This document shows, piece after piece, positions 51,001 to 63,341 of a stretch of DNA of 64,000 nt. Below the pieces are notes generated by a model. It searched no databases, had not been told where the DNA came from, and worked only from the letters and a program-made list of their open reading frames with translations. The position numbers were made by a program, and so were the translations under genes. The stretch comes from Octopus sinensis (taxonomy: Eukaryota): positions 47,244,001 to 47,308,000 of the forward strand of contig NC_043003.1 in the NCBI RefSeq assembly GCF_006345805.1, in the 5' to 3' direction. How positions within the stretch are numbered: the stretch's first letter is position 1; each line of letters opens with the position of its first letter.

Positions 51001-52251
51001 GAAATATTATTGTGTTAGGAAACAGGTGATGGTTTGTGACAGTAAGTGTAATAAACTCCATCCAACCCATGTAAGTATTGAAAAGTGAATACTATAATGA
51101 TGAAGATAACGAAAGTGCATTTCTTCAAACAAGACAGGAGAAAACATCAGTAGTGTTTTTACCTAAATATTCCACATTTTGTAGTTAATAACAAAACAGT
51201 TTCACTTTAACCTGATCAAAACGCAAGACCAACAATTTTTAAATGTGATAGTACATACTGCCTGCAAAAGTGACGGGTCACATTGACAATTTAACACACA
51301 TACACTTATGCTATCAAAATTGACAGCCTTTTCACTAATAACTCTTTTTTACTGGACCACTTAATGGTTTAATGATAATAATAACATTTAATTAAAACAG
51401 CGAAACTATACTTACAAAATTATTATATTATTTACAAACCATTAGAAATTTTCCATTATTTCAGAGGTTCTTTAATCAGAAAATTTACTGTAAAACTATG
51501 ACTTCCATACAGATTTTGTTTTATATCATTATTCATCACCATATTAAGATTGTTCCTCCTTTTCATCCTGCTTAAAGCAATATAAAGCTAAGCTCTTAGT
51601 CCAACTCACTTTTTTATTCCCTGGTTCCCTGTCAGAGCAATGTGATAAACACCTTATCTTCCCATTCATAATCATTTTACTTCCTCTACTATCATTCAAT
51701 CACTCTCTATTTTACCTCAGACAGCTTCCTACTTTCACAAGACGTGCTTTCCTTGACAATAAAAAAACACAACGCTAATTATTATATGTGGGTATGTGTG
51801 TTTGTGTGTGTGTGTGTACATAAGGGTTTCCAGCTGTGAAAACTGAGCCAAGTGACACATATGAGAACAAATCTATGAGAGTAGTAACTTCAGAAGTGAC
51901 TTGGACTGTGACACCCATCCAACTCATGCCGGTGTGGAAAGCAGTCATAAAAATATTGTTGCTGCTGATGGTGTGTGTATCACTGTCCTTCATTTCCAAT
52001 GGGAAAATATTACCTTACTTGGAAACTGGCGGAAGTTGGTAACATGAAGGCATCTGGTCATAGAATATCTAAATTCCATCTGACCCATGCAATCATGGAA
52101 AATGAATGCTAAAATGACGATGACACACACATGCAGATCAACAGAGACAGACTTTAAAAGGAAACGGGAGGCAAAACAAAAAACCTGTATTCTGCCTATA
52201 CAGTACTAATAAACTATTCATGAAGTTAGTCGCTATCATTTGCTATACACT

Positions 52252-52520
52252 CTTACTCTTAACTCTTTTACTTGTTTCAGTCATTTGACTGTGGCCATGC
52301 TGGAGCACCGCCTTTAGTCAAGCAAATCAACCTAAGGACTTATTCTTTGACAGCCTAGCACATAGTCTATCGGTCTCTTTTGCCGAACCACTAAGTTACG
52401 CAGGCATAAACACACCATCATCGGTTGTCAAGCGATGTTGGGGGGACAAACACAGACGCACAAATATATACACACACTCATACATATATACGATGGACTT
52501 CTTTCAGTTTCCGTCTACTA
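52252..52520 (-). mobile_element. SINE 3' half (GACTGAAACAAGTAAAAG family), reverse
   Basis: Reverse complement of 57535-57772. Confidence 0.8.
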
Positions 52521-52959
52521 TATGCTTATTAAGGACAGATATTCCAGTATTCACAGTTAAATTTCAAATATTTTTTAATGATTTGATAGATCCGTACAAA
52601 GGAACCCACAGTGAAAGCAAATAATAATCTTATAAAGGCTTGTTTGGAGGTGTAATTCAAACCTATTATTTAATTAATCATCTGTAAACCAATCCAAGAA
52701 ATTATGACAAAATTATCTCGGGGTACAGTGATTAATTATATATCAAAGATTAAATGGTGCCACCTTTCAGCTTGTACTTAATTTAGCAATGAGCAAGGCT
52801 TCATAGACATATGCATAATGTGTGTGCGTGTGCACGTTTATGTACATGCATGTAGCATTTGCCGAGTGAAATTTGTACATTATGATTAATTAAATAATGA
52901 GTTTCAATTACACCTCCAAATGAGCCATTATGAGGTTGCTTGGTTTTGCTAGTGTTGCT

Positions 52960-53312
52960 AGGTTTCTCAGCTTACCTTGTCGTTACCAGTGCTGGTGGAA
53001 CGTAAAAAGCACCATCCGAACATACTCGAAGCTAGTCCCTGCACCCCCCCCCCCACCAGCTCCTGTGCCGGTGGCACATAAAAAGCACTATCCAAATGTG
53101 GTCGATGCCAGTGCTGCCTGTCTGGCTCCCGATGACACATAAAAAGCACCTACTACACTCTCGGAGTGGTTGGCATTAGGAAGGGCATCCAGTTGTAGAA
53201 ACCTTGCCAGATCAGATTTGAACCTGGCACATCCTACTAGCTTGCCAGTCCCCACCAGTCGAATCATCCAACCCATGCCAGCATGATAAACGGACGTTAA
53301 ACAATGATGATG
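52960..53312 (+). mobile_element. RTE-tail retroposon with internal ~55-bp subrepeats
   Basis: Repeated TAAAAAGCAC units; tail CCCATGCCAGCATG..GGACGTTAAACAATGATGATG. Confidence 0.75.
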
Positions 53313-53534
53313 AGGAATATTTGAAATACAAATTGTGAAAATAGGAAAATCTGAAATTAATATAAACATATTGGAAGTGATAGTTATTAACATGAATAGG
53401 TCAGTAATATTGTATAAACAGAGTACATGTAGCTGTTTGTCTGTAGCTATCTACAAGTGTGTGTATGTGTATTGTGCTTTGTCAAGGAATTTAGTACAAA
53501 AACTGTACAAACTCATTGTAAATATGTGTGTGTG

Positions 53535-53570
<36 letters not shown>

Positions 53571-53573
<3 letters not shown>

Positions 53574-53820
53574 GTAAAAAAATACAAACTGGTACAAGAA
53601 CGCAAAACATTTAGAAGACGATACAAAAAACATGGACGGGACATTCGAAGCCTTCAATCTTCAGTCAAGAACCGGATCATCCTCGCAATTTCGGCTGATT
53701 AATCTTGAGGATGATCCGGTTCTTGACTGAAGATTGAAGGCTTCGAATGTCCCGTCCGTGTTTTTTGTATCGTCTTCTAAATGTTTTGCGTTCTTGTCCC
53801 AGTTTGTATTTTTTTACATA
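53571..53820. repeat. Near-perfect 114-bp-arm palindrome within (TA)n
   Basis: Arms 53571-53684 and 53707-53820, 2 mismatches, 22-nt spacer. Confidence 0.95.
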
Positions 53821-54158
53821 TATATATAGCGGCGCCCATACTCCTTTGGTCTTATATATATATATATATATATTATTAGTTGCTTATAAGTCAGATAAAA
53901 AGCCATACTCAATAGGAGCAAGAGAGCAGTTATGCTTTTTATCATTAAGTAGTATATTATTTGTTGTAGCACATATTTGGTCAGAATGTTACTACAGGTT
54001 TTACATTGACTATTGCACTTGGTAATATTGATAAATCTTCAGACATATTGGCTGGAAGCACATAACCATTTTTATGCAGAAGATATATATATATGTACAC
54101 ATGAGTGAGTGAACAAACGAAAGAAGGGTTCTTAAATTTATTGGAAGTTACATGTATG

Positions 54159-54308
54159 GATCAAAACAGTTCGATTCAAATTCACTGGCACTCTTGAGTT
54201 TCAAGCATGATGCTAGTCGTCAGACATTTTGAATTTAAAATGGCTGACGAGTAGCACCATGCTTGAAACTCAAGAGTACCAACGAATTTGAATCAAACTG
54301 TTTTGATC
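54159..54308. repeat. ~150-bp imperfect palindrome carrying two back-to-back hammerhead motifs
   Basis: GATCAAAACAGTT...AACTGTTTTGATC arms. Confidence 0.9.
54241..54281 (+). ncRNA. Minimal type-I hammerhead ribozyme motif
   Basis: TGG CTGACGA GtAGCA-CCA-TGCTT GAAA CTC-AA-GAG TA CCA: intact core, GUA site, stems I-III present. Confidence 0.68.
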
Positions 54309-54679
54309 AATATATATATATATTTATAGGGTACAGTGATTAATTATAAAGATGGAAGATGGAATATATGAGAATTTTAATTATTAATCATAACAATTGA
54401 TTTGACACATCTAGCATTGATCCCTCACGTGTGGAACACTTAACAACTGGTTTAGGGGCATCTGGCAGTTCAGATATATCTCATTGGGTGATAATAGATA
54501 CAACTCATTAAAATAACAGTTCTGCACTGTATCTTCTCATTTTGTAGAAACAAAGGAAATATATATATATATATACTTAGCCTGGCCTGATTTTGTACCA
54601 CCAGCATAAAAAAGGTTATGCACTTATGCACTTCCAGCCAGCATGTCTGAAAAATCATTCATATTACCTAGTGCAATAA

Positions 54680-54891
54680 GGTGATGAGCTGACAGAACTG
54701 TGAGCACACCAGGCAAAATGCTTAGCAGCATTTCGTCTGTCTTTACATTCTGTGATCAAATTTTGCTGAGGTCAACTTTGCTTTTCATTCTTTTGGGGTT
54801 GATAAAACAAGTACCACTTGAGCACTGGGTCGATGTAATTGATTTTCCTCCTCTCCCAAACTTGCTGGCCTCATACTAAAATTTGAAACCA
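54680..54891 (+). mobile_element. SINE (GGCGAGCTGGCAGAA family) with ~19-bp TSD
   Basis: ATATTACCTA(G/C)TGCAATAA on both flanks. Confidence 0.82.
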
Positions 54892-54935
54892 ATATTACCT
54901 ACTGCAATAATCAGCATGAACCCTATGGTAACATT

Positions 54936-55210
54936 CATCATCATCATCGTTTAACGTCCGCTTTCCATGCTGGCATGGGTTGGACGGTTTGACTTAAGAC
55001 TGGCAAGCCAGATGGCTGCACCAGGCTCCAATCTGATCTGGCAGAGTTTCTACAGCTGGATGCCCTTCGTAATGCCAACCACTCCAAGAATGTAGTGGGT
55101 GGTTTTACATGCAACCAGCATGAGGGCCAGTTAGGTGGTACTGGCAATAGCCATGCTCAAATGGTGTTTCTTTTGTGCAACCTGCACAGGAGCAAGTCCA
55201 GCGGCACTAA
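54936..55210 (-). mobile_element. RTE-tail retroposon, reverse
   Basis: (CAT)n CGTTTAACGTCCGCTTTCCATGCTGGCATGGG is the reverse of the shared tail. Confidence 0.8.
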
Positions 55211-56444
55211 CCAAATATATGTCATAACCAGTAATATGCTGCTCAATATAACCACTCTATTACTAATACTGAGTGTCTTTTTTTCTGATTTATTGATAAC
55301 TAAGTGATAATATACCTTTCTGGCAGAATGTATCCTACTAGGCCACCATGTGGTTTGTTTTTTATAGCCATTTCTCCAGCTTATACAATTATGAAAATAC
55401 TTGCATTATATTCCCTTTGAGAATATCAGGTTATATGACCTCTGATACCCTACAATGAATGAACATACCTATACTGCCTAACAAACTCTACACAAGGAAG
55501 CTCTGAGAGAAAATAAACAACTTCATATAGGTGCATGTGGTGGAAAGCCTTCTCCTATGACCAAACAGCATCGTTCTCAGAGTCCAATTTATACAACATT
55601 AAGTCTAGAATATTTTCACCCAAGATCCAAGAACTAGAAGCCTTCAAAGTAAACCTCTAGGGCGTCATCTCCAAAACTGAAATTCCATTTAGTTCTCTAA
55701 ACCCTTCCAGCAAAAGCTTATTTCTGATAGTTTTCCATAATCCCATAGGATTTAAACCAGCTATATTTAGCCTAAACAACCAGCCTGTTTTGTGTTCAAA
55801 TCAACCAGATCCAGCCTCTCACACCTACCATACAATGTCATTCTAAAAGTAAACAATCACATCATCAAAGTCTCAAAGCCATGAGATAAAGCAAGATTAA
55901 TTCAAAACAATGTGAATAAATAAGCATTAGACATGATGGAATAATCTGAATGCTAAAGGGTTGAAAATTCAGATAGGCTTTACTTTATTTAGATAAAACA
56001 AGAAATTTATATAGAATAGACACAAAAACCTATAACAGACTTTTAGGAAACAGTATCACAGAAAACAATCAGAGAGCTTCTCCTCAAACAAATGACAACA
56101 TTAACAAGGTCAAAGATTTAGCGAGTGTTTTGTATACAGCAGACAGGATAGAAACCTTAGCTAAGAGGAATGCATTTTTAACCAATAAAGATCACAAACT
56201 GAATTTTGCCTCTGTCTTCAGGTGTTACCTGATTAACGCAGCAAAATCATGGATTGGTCTAGTGAGCATGCACATATTGAGGAAGATAAATGATGATGAT
56301 GATATAAGGAAAGCATCCTATCAATCCTTATGGCACAACAACAAATGAAGAAATTTCATGGTTCAAAGTAAACCTGGGTAGAGGCAGAACAAGGCTCATC
56401 CAATTTAATATAGTGAACATTTTTATTATCTATATTGAAAGATA

Positions 56445-56660
56445 GCCAGCGAGCTAGCAGAATCATTGGCACACCAGGCAAGGTGCTTAGTGGCATTTTG
56501 TCCATCTTTACCTTCTGAAATCAAACTCCGCTGAGGTCGACTTTGCTTTCCATCCTTTCGGGGTCAAAAAAATAAGTACCAGTTGAGCAATGGGGTTGAT
56601 GTAATCGACTATCCCCTCCCCCAAAATTTCAGGCCTTGTGCCTATAGTAGAAAGGATTAT
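56445..56660 (+). mobile_element. SINE (GGCGAGCTGGCAGAA family)
   Basis: Family core; ATTATCTATATTGA repeated on both flanks. Confidence 0.8.
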
Positions 56661-56675
56661 CTATATTGACAGAGT

Positions 56676-57100
56676 TGTTATACGGAACACCTAATTACTC
56701 TAAGGAGTTCACTGAAATTAGCAACAGGGATATAGATGTAATAATGCCAAAAAGACCCTACTGTTCAATAAAGATTCAGCATGGGTTAAACAACCAGGTC
56801 TAGAAGGCCTTTGACATGGTGAAGGGAGGATTCAACACCATGGATATCTGTGACCTCATAGGCCAGTTTATGCCTGATATGTTGTGTAAGAGTCTCCTGT
56901 CAACCCACTATGGCCTGTATAGAAGCAACAATTTAGTTGTCTCTGGAGGCGTGAACAGGTACACTCAAGATAAGCTTAGGAAAAACTTGATCCACACTCT
57001 TATCTCCCTAGGGTTTGGGGTTACTACAGACACCAACCTTACAATAATTACTTTCTTAGCTATAATGCTTGATTTAGGCATAGGTTCTTGTTTCACATAA
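56676..57100 (+). pseudogene. Penelope-like element reverse-transcriptase relic
   Basis: FDMVKGGFNTMDICDLIG...YGLYRSNNL...DKLRKNLI...LGFGVTTDTNLTIITFLAIMLDL resembles the PLE RT pattern FDVTMG..DGAE.C.LVG...GLYRDDGL...LGL.IT...N...V.FLD..LDL (recalled, not aligned); catalytic DD lost. Confidence 0.75.
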
Positions 57101-57396
57101 TATTCCCAGGTGACCAGATACTTATTCCCAATAATATCTAACTAAACTTGGAAATGTAACATTGGAGTGTATTTAAATGCAAAACACTTCCGCTAAAAAA
57201 AATCCCATGACTAAACAACTTGACCGTTTGGCTTCTATTGTTTATTTCCTATTGTTGGATTATCCTGTTTGATAAATTACATATCAGTAATTGTTATTGT
57301 TCAGCTCCACATCAGTCTTGATTGAGCAAACTATGATCCAAGTTCAAACTATGACTATCCCATTTTTTTTTATATCGAAGACAATAATATCTAATG

Positions 57397-57772
57397 TGGC
57401 ATAGGAGTGGTTGTGTGATAAGTAGCTTGCTTACAAACCACATGGTTCCGGGTTCAGTTCCACTACGTGGCACCTTCGGTAAGTGTCTTCGACTATAGTC
57501 TTGGGCCAACCAAAGCCTTGTGAGTGGATTTGGTCAACAGAAACTGAAAAAAGCCCATCGTATATATGTATATATATGTTTGTGTGTCTGTGTTTGTCCC
57601 CCAACATCGCTTGACAACTGATGCTGGTGTGTTTACGTCCCTGTAACTTAGCGGTTCAGCAAAAAGAGACTGATAGAATAAGTACTAGGCTTACAAAGAA
57701 TAAGTCCTGGAGTTGATTTTCTCAGCTAAAGGCGGTGCTCCAGCATGGCCACAGTCACATGACTGAAACAAA
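57397..57772 (+). mobile_element. Near full-length SINE (GTGTGGTAAGTAGCTTGC family)
   Basis: tRNA-like head, internal (TA/TG)n, conserved tail. Confidence 0.87.
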
Positions 57773-57774
57773 AG

Positions 57775-58226
57775 GAGGCAGCAAGCTAGCAAAATCATTA
57801 GAAGGCCAGGCAAAATGCTTAGCAGCATTTCGTCCATTTTTATGTTTTGAGTTCAAATTCTGCTGAGGTTGACTTTGCTTTTTATCCTCTCAGGGTCAAT
57901 AAAATAAGTACCAGTCGACCATTGGGATCAATGTAATTGACTTACCCAACTGTTCCAAAATTACTGGTCACGTACTAAAATTTGAAACCAATATATTGGT
58001 AGAATGTAGGTGAACTGGCAGAAACGTTAGCACGCCAGGCAAAATGCTTAGCCGTATTTCGTCAGCCATTATGTTCTGAGTTCAAATTCCGCCGAGGTCG
58101 ACTTTGCCTTTCGTCCTTTTGGGGTAGATAAATTAAGTATCAGTTACACACTGGGGTCGATGTAATCGATTTAATCCCTTTGTCTATCCTTGTTTGTCCC
58201 CTTGTGAGCAATAAAGAAATAACAAC
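57775..58226 (+). mobile_element. Two further SINEs of the GGCGAGCTGGCAGAA family
   Basis: Copies at ~57775-57992 and 58008-58226; the second is flanked by a TGGTAGAATGT TSD. Confidence 0.82.
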
Positions 58227-61200
58227 TGGTAGAATGTCAAACAAGATGTCTTACAGAATTTAGTTGTTGTCTCCTTTTACATTCCAAATCCACCTCCCAC
58301 TAATATTAATTTTGCGGCCATGTTGTTAGGGTGCTACACTCATAATCATAATAAAATCTTGGTTTCAATTCCCAGTCCAGGTGGTGTGTTGTGTTCTTGA
58401 GCAAAACACTTCATTTCATGTTGTTCCAGTCCACTCAGCTGTAAATTAATTCCAGCAATAGATGGGAAGTTAACTCTGCAATGGATCACCATTCTCTTCA
58501 GGAGGGAATGTTGTAATCTCAATCATTTATACATTATGGAAACCAGGTTAAGTTCTGACCTTATGAGTTCCAGGGTTCAGAACAGACCTAAAATAAATAT
58601 AGAGCAAATACGGAGTCAATGTAATCATGTGTCTCCTCTCTGCACACCAGTAACCTTCTACTTATGCTAAAAATTAATATTAATGCATGAGAATAGGATG
58701 GTGGTTAGCCACTGAAAAAAATACCTTATGTTAATTAGCCACAACCTTTTACATTCTGAATCTAAATCCTGCCGGAGTTATCTGCAGAGTTAACTTCGCT
58801 TTCATCTCTCAAGAGTTTACTAAAATAAGTACCAGTCAAGAATAGGCATTGTTTAGATTGATATGGGCTTGTGCCAAAGTTGTAGATTTATATAAACACA
58901 TGAGAATAAAACCAGGAAGAGGGACAATAGTGGAAATGTACTAGATATTTCTGTTGACTCAAGAGTTTCATGGGTTAACACAGATAATTTATGGTGTCAA
59001 AGCTTGAAAATACTTTCAGGACTACCAAATGGCTCTTAAACTATTGATGCTCTTAGCTACAATTTCATCATAGATTATTCTAACCTCTAGAGAAGGGCTA
59101 GTCTATCACAAGCAACATTCCAGACAAACTAGTATCATCTGTTCCCTGACAACTGAGGCATATAGAAATTAGTGTTCTATTTAAATACATAAAGCCTGTC
59201 AGATATCAACTGGGTCATGTCTTTTCTATTGTCAACATTTTTGAAAGCAAAACTTTTCTGCATTCCATCCACTCCCAAATTACCTTCCACACCCCAGGAA
59301 TTCAATAAATTAAGAACCCTTAATAAAGGCATAGGATGGCCTGCACTATCAAGTTTCCACATTGCCTCTGAAACACCAACAAAAGAGAACATATGAAACC
59401 AGTCCTGGTAAATGGAGATGATTGCAATCTGTTGCCAAAGACTGAGATAGATGGCATATTGTACTGGGTGACCAGTTCATGCCCTGGGAGTTCAAGTCCC
59501 AGATCTTCATTTGTTCAATAAACCCTGGCAAAATAAGTGTCTCTATCTAGGGAAGTGAGAGGTGGGGGAGTGTAAGAGTTTTATTACAGATCTATTCAAT
59601 ACAACTGAAACTGGAATTGTGCACCAGCTTAACAAGGATCAACGTCAGTTCAACAATAGCATTGCTGTTGTGAGTATTCTCAGGTGCACAAAAGCAAAGT
59701 GGAGAGTAGAACATGACCAGACTGATGACATACTGTGCCTCAAATGACAAATGCTAGTGCGGTCATCAGAATGTGTATAGTATGGCTGGTTCTCCACTAG
59801 GTGGATGAATAGTATATATATATAGAACAACAGATTTGTGGGTTACACCTAGTTGTTCAATCAAATACCTACAGGTTATGCATCTTGTTTAAGTGTATAA
59901 TGGAACAGCTGCGGTAAGACTCAATTACTTTGTGGTCATTGAACTAGCACCTTCAACCCTTTAGCATTCAAACTGGCCAAATGTAGGCCATAAAGAGAGT
60001 GCTTATTTGTTCAAATTGTACACATGCAATTTCATCTTTTGGTATTAGAAAAATTCTACTCTCCCAGGATGCTATGCTCTTTTAGTTCACTGTTTTCATC
60101 ATTGACACACATGGCTATATGGGTGGTGGCTGGTGCACTAAATAGAGAATCACACAATATGTTGTGGTGCACCTGAGCACTGTATACAATAATTTCCTTA
60201 TTATATATTATACCTGGTTATGTCCCTTTACACAGTTAAAATCCTGCTCAGCTTGACTTGGCATTTCATCCTACTATGATTATGAAATAAATACCAATCA
60301 AATCCTTGGTTGGATATAATATATGATACTCATGACTAAATCTAAAAAAAGAATAAAAGAATATTCCAACTATAAGAAAATAGCATCTCAGCCTTGTGAG
60401 CGAATACCTTGCTTATACAAGACAAAGGTGCAGAGTATAAATCCTCAGAGAAAATCAAAAATGGAACTACTAAAACTGTCAGATTGACCCCCGGTTTCCC
60501 TTCTGCAGCTCTTGTAGTCAAATCATAACCAAACATGAAGCCTATGCAATCATCTTGTTTACATAAGTGAGGTAAAAAATTTCTAATGTAATTCTGCAAT
60601 TCATCTAGATACAGGCCTACAACTATCTAATTGTTTTTCTTTATTGATTTCTAACACATGCACAAGGTCACACATTTTGAGAGAGGGTATAGTCAATTAA
60701 ATCAACCTCCAGTACTTGAGTGGTACTATATTTTAGATCACAGAAGGATGAAAAGCAAAGTTAATATTGGTAGGATTTAAACTCAGTATGTATATCTATG
60801 TATATTACTTTGTCTAATAATGAATGACAAATAAATAAAAAGTTTCACAGCTGCTGTTTTGTCATACAGTGTGTCAGGAACTGCTAGCTCTTGGGTTCTG
60901 CCAAGACCTGAAAGATGAGAGGGTTACAGTAGGTGGTGGTCGTTGTTATTATTGTGGTTTGTTTTGCCACAAGTTAGCCCTGATTTGAGTAGACCCTTGA
61001 TCAAAAACATTGCAGCCAACCCAACCCATTTTTTTCTTTCAAGTATAGTGTTATCCAAACTGCATCATCCAATGTATTCATTTTTTTAAAGATGGTAGGG
61101 TGTGATTTGAAGGCGATTTGGCTATTACTTCTAGAAGATAAAACAACCATATAAAAGGTTCCTTGTTGGATACTGCAAATCTCTTATACTGTCACACGAG

Positions 61201-61327
61201 GTAAATCATTATGGGTAATACCAAATGTGATTTGTTGCATTTGGGACAATGAAGGCAATGAATAAAGCCAAACTACTACAACTACTACCACAAACTGTGC
61301 TGCAATTCTGTGTAAGGGATGGCTTAC

Positions 61328-61429
61328 CTCAGAAAAGGCAGCATAGCTACAGAGGTAAAAGAGATTGACAAGCTGGATAATCGGAATGTAGTAGACAGGA
61401 AGAGCTGACTTAGATTTTTATATTTCTAT
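61328..61429 (-). CDS. Candidate upstream exon of the ASB-like gene (5' UTR plus ATG at 61344: MLPFLR)
   Basis: Strong acceptor TTTTTCTTCTTCCTTCCAG| and donor GAG|GTAAGC. The ATG is in frame with the 66-nt exon and preceded by an in-frame TAG; product 430 aa. Confidence 0.5.
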
Positions 61430-61572
61430 CTGGAAGGAAGAAGAAAAATATCAACAATAGCAAAATATACACAAAGTAAAAAAGAAACAGAAAACCCAGA
61501 TATGCTATGGACTAACTGAACTTTATAATGCTGAGTTCAACAAAGTAATTAGAAAGAAAAAACTGTCCTTCA

Positions 61573-61625
61573 TTGCTAATTAAATCACTTTGCTAATTAA
61601 GTCACTTCGTTAATTGAGTCACTTC
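61573..61625. repeat. Three tandem ~17-bp units TTGCTAATTAA(A/G)TCACT
   Basis: Direct reading of the sequence. Confidence 0.7.
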
Positions 61626-63341
61626 TTAAAACATGGAAATGAAATAGTTGAAACATTAAGTTCAGAGAGCCTTTACCACCACCATTATCATAACAAAACA
61701 CATCGCAACCCCACAATATATACCACAACAGAAAACCTTCCTACCCTGGATGTTTTACATAATAATGAAAACCTCCAATAACATCCCAATCCCTTTCCTA
61801 TGCTGCTTCCTACCCCATCACTTCCAGTATGTCACCTGGTAACTAAAAAGCGAATCATATAAGTAATCAATCAATTAGCCAATTTTGAATGGCTTAACCT
61901 AATTTCAGCTTCAATGGTTTGAAGTAGGCTTCCTTCCACCACCACCACCACCACAGTTGCCAAAGTGGACTGCCACTATCACCACCACTATCAAGACAGC
62001 TGCCAAATTGTACCACCCAGCAGTAACTGAGTGTAACAACAGAGCAGTTATATGATGCAATCAGGACTAGACTTTTTATTGAATTCAGATTCTTTTTCTT
62101 TGTCAAGTCTACAAGACTGTCAGCAGAAAAAGTGCAAGAAAAGCAGATAATGAAGAAGTCAGAAAACCTAAAATGAATGAAAAACTGAAGGAGGTCGACC
62201 ATCATCATCATCAGTGCCAACATACCAACTCAACCACAGTTATCATCATCAACAGCATGACAGACTAGTCAAATCTATTTCACCCATCCACTGTTTTACT
62301 TCTAATCTTTGTTGTAGTCTGATGTCTTATGTCCCTTAACAACCCTGAAAGCTATGCCAGTGGAGTGCAAGCTCCTGATAGGGTCTCTCATGCAGGAAAG
62401 GTCACAGGATAGAGACCAGACTATTATGGACCACCTCTTCCCAGAGCTAAAAATGCCTTTGTGTAAGGCTAATGACCCTGCCTAGAAAAAAAAAAGCATC
62501 AATGAAATTCAGAACCAACAAAATTTGGGAGAGTCAAGAACAGTGAACAAAAGTTACCAATTGCCAATGCTTCATAGGGGAAGGAGCTAAAATAAGTACA
62601 GTAATTGTTTTACTTATAGCCCATATGAGAGAAAGGAGGGTTATTGGAAACACCAACATCATCATCATTTAATGTCCGTTTTCCATGGGTTGGACAGTTT
62701 GACTGGAGACTGGCAAGCCAGGAGGCTGCACCAGGCTCCAAACTGATCTGGCAATGTTTCTACATCTGGATGCCCTTCCTAACATCAACCACTTCAAGAG
62801 TATAGTGGGTGCTTTTTACATTCCACTGGCACAAGAGCCAGTCACTCAGCTAAAAAGATATACAAAATGAACATGAAACTAAACAAAAAGTGAGAGTTCA
62901 GTGGATATTGAACTCACATTCCCTTGGTGCATATATATTTATTCAGTAAGCACTTTGACAATATTCACTGGTCACACTTATGCTTTCATATGCATTTACA
63001 GCAAGTTTAAAATAGTTTAGAATCATACATGATATTTACTTGCTTTAACTAAATTTATATGTTACAGCTAAGATATCACTACAAAATCTCTTCGTTATTC
63101 TGACAATCAAATTAGTAAAACTTCAACTGATCTTTTTGAGAAAATTCTAAGGAGCCAAAATATTATTCTAATGATTTGTAAATTCAACTATCAAATTTAG
63201 ATTTTAATTATTTATTTTCAGAAATAGATTAACTAAGAGTGAATAGTAGATCTGTACTTACAGTTTTAAATAAAAGAGTTTTGTGTAGATATGTAAATGA
63301 GGGGAAAATCCAAAACTGATTCTCAACTTTAACTTGAAAAT

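Noticed and set aside
52995-53150. Repeated TAAAAAGCAC units resembling a repeat-spacer array
   Set aside because: Internal subrepeats of a common retroposon in eukaryotic DNA; not CRISPR.
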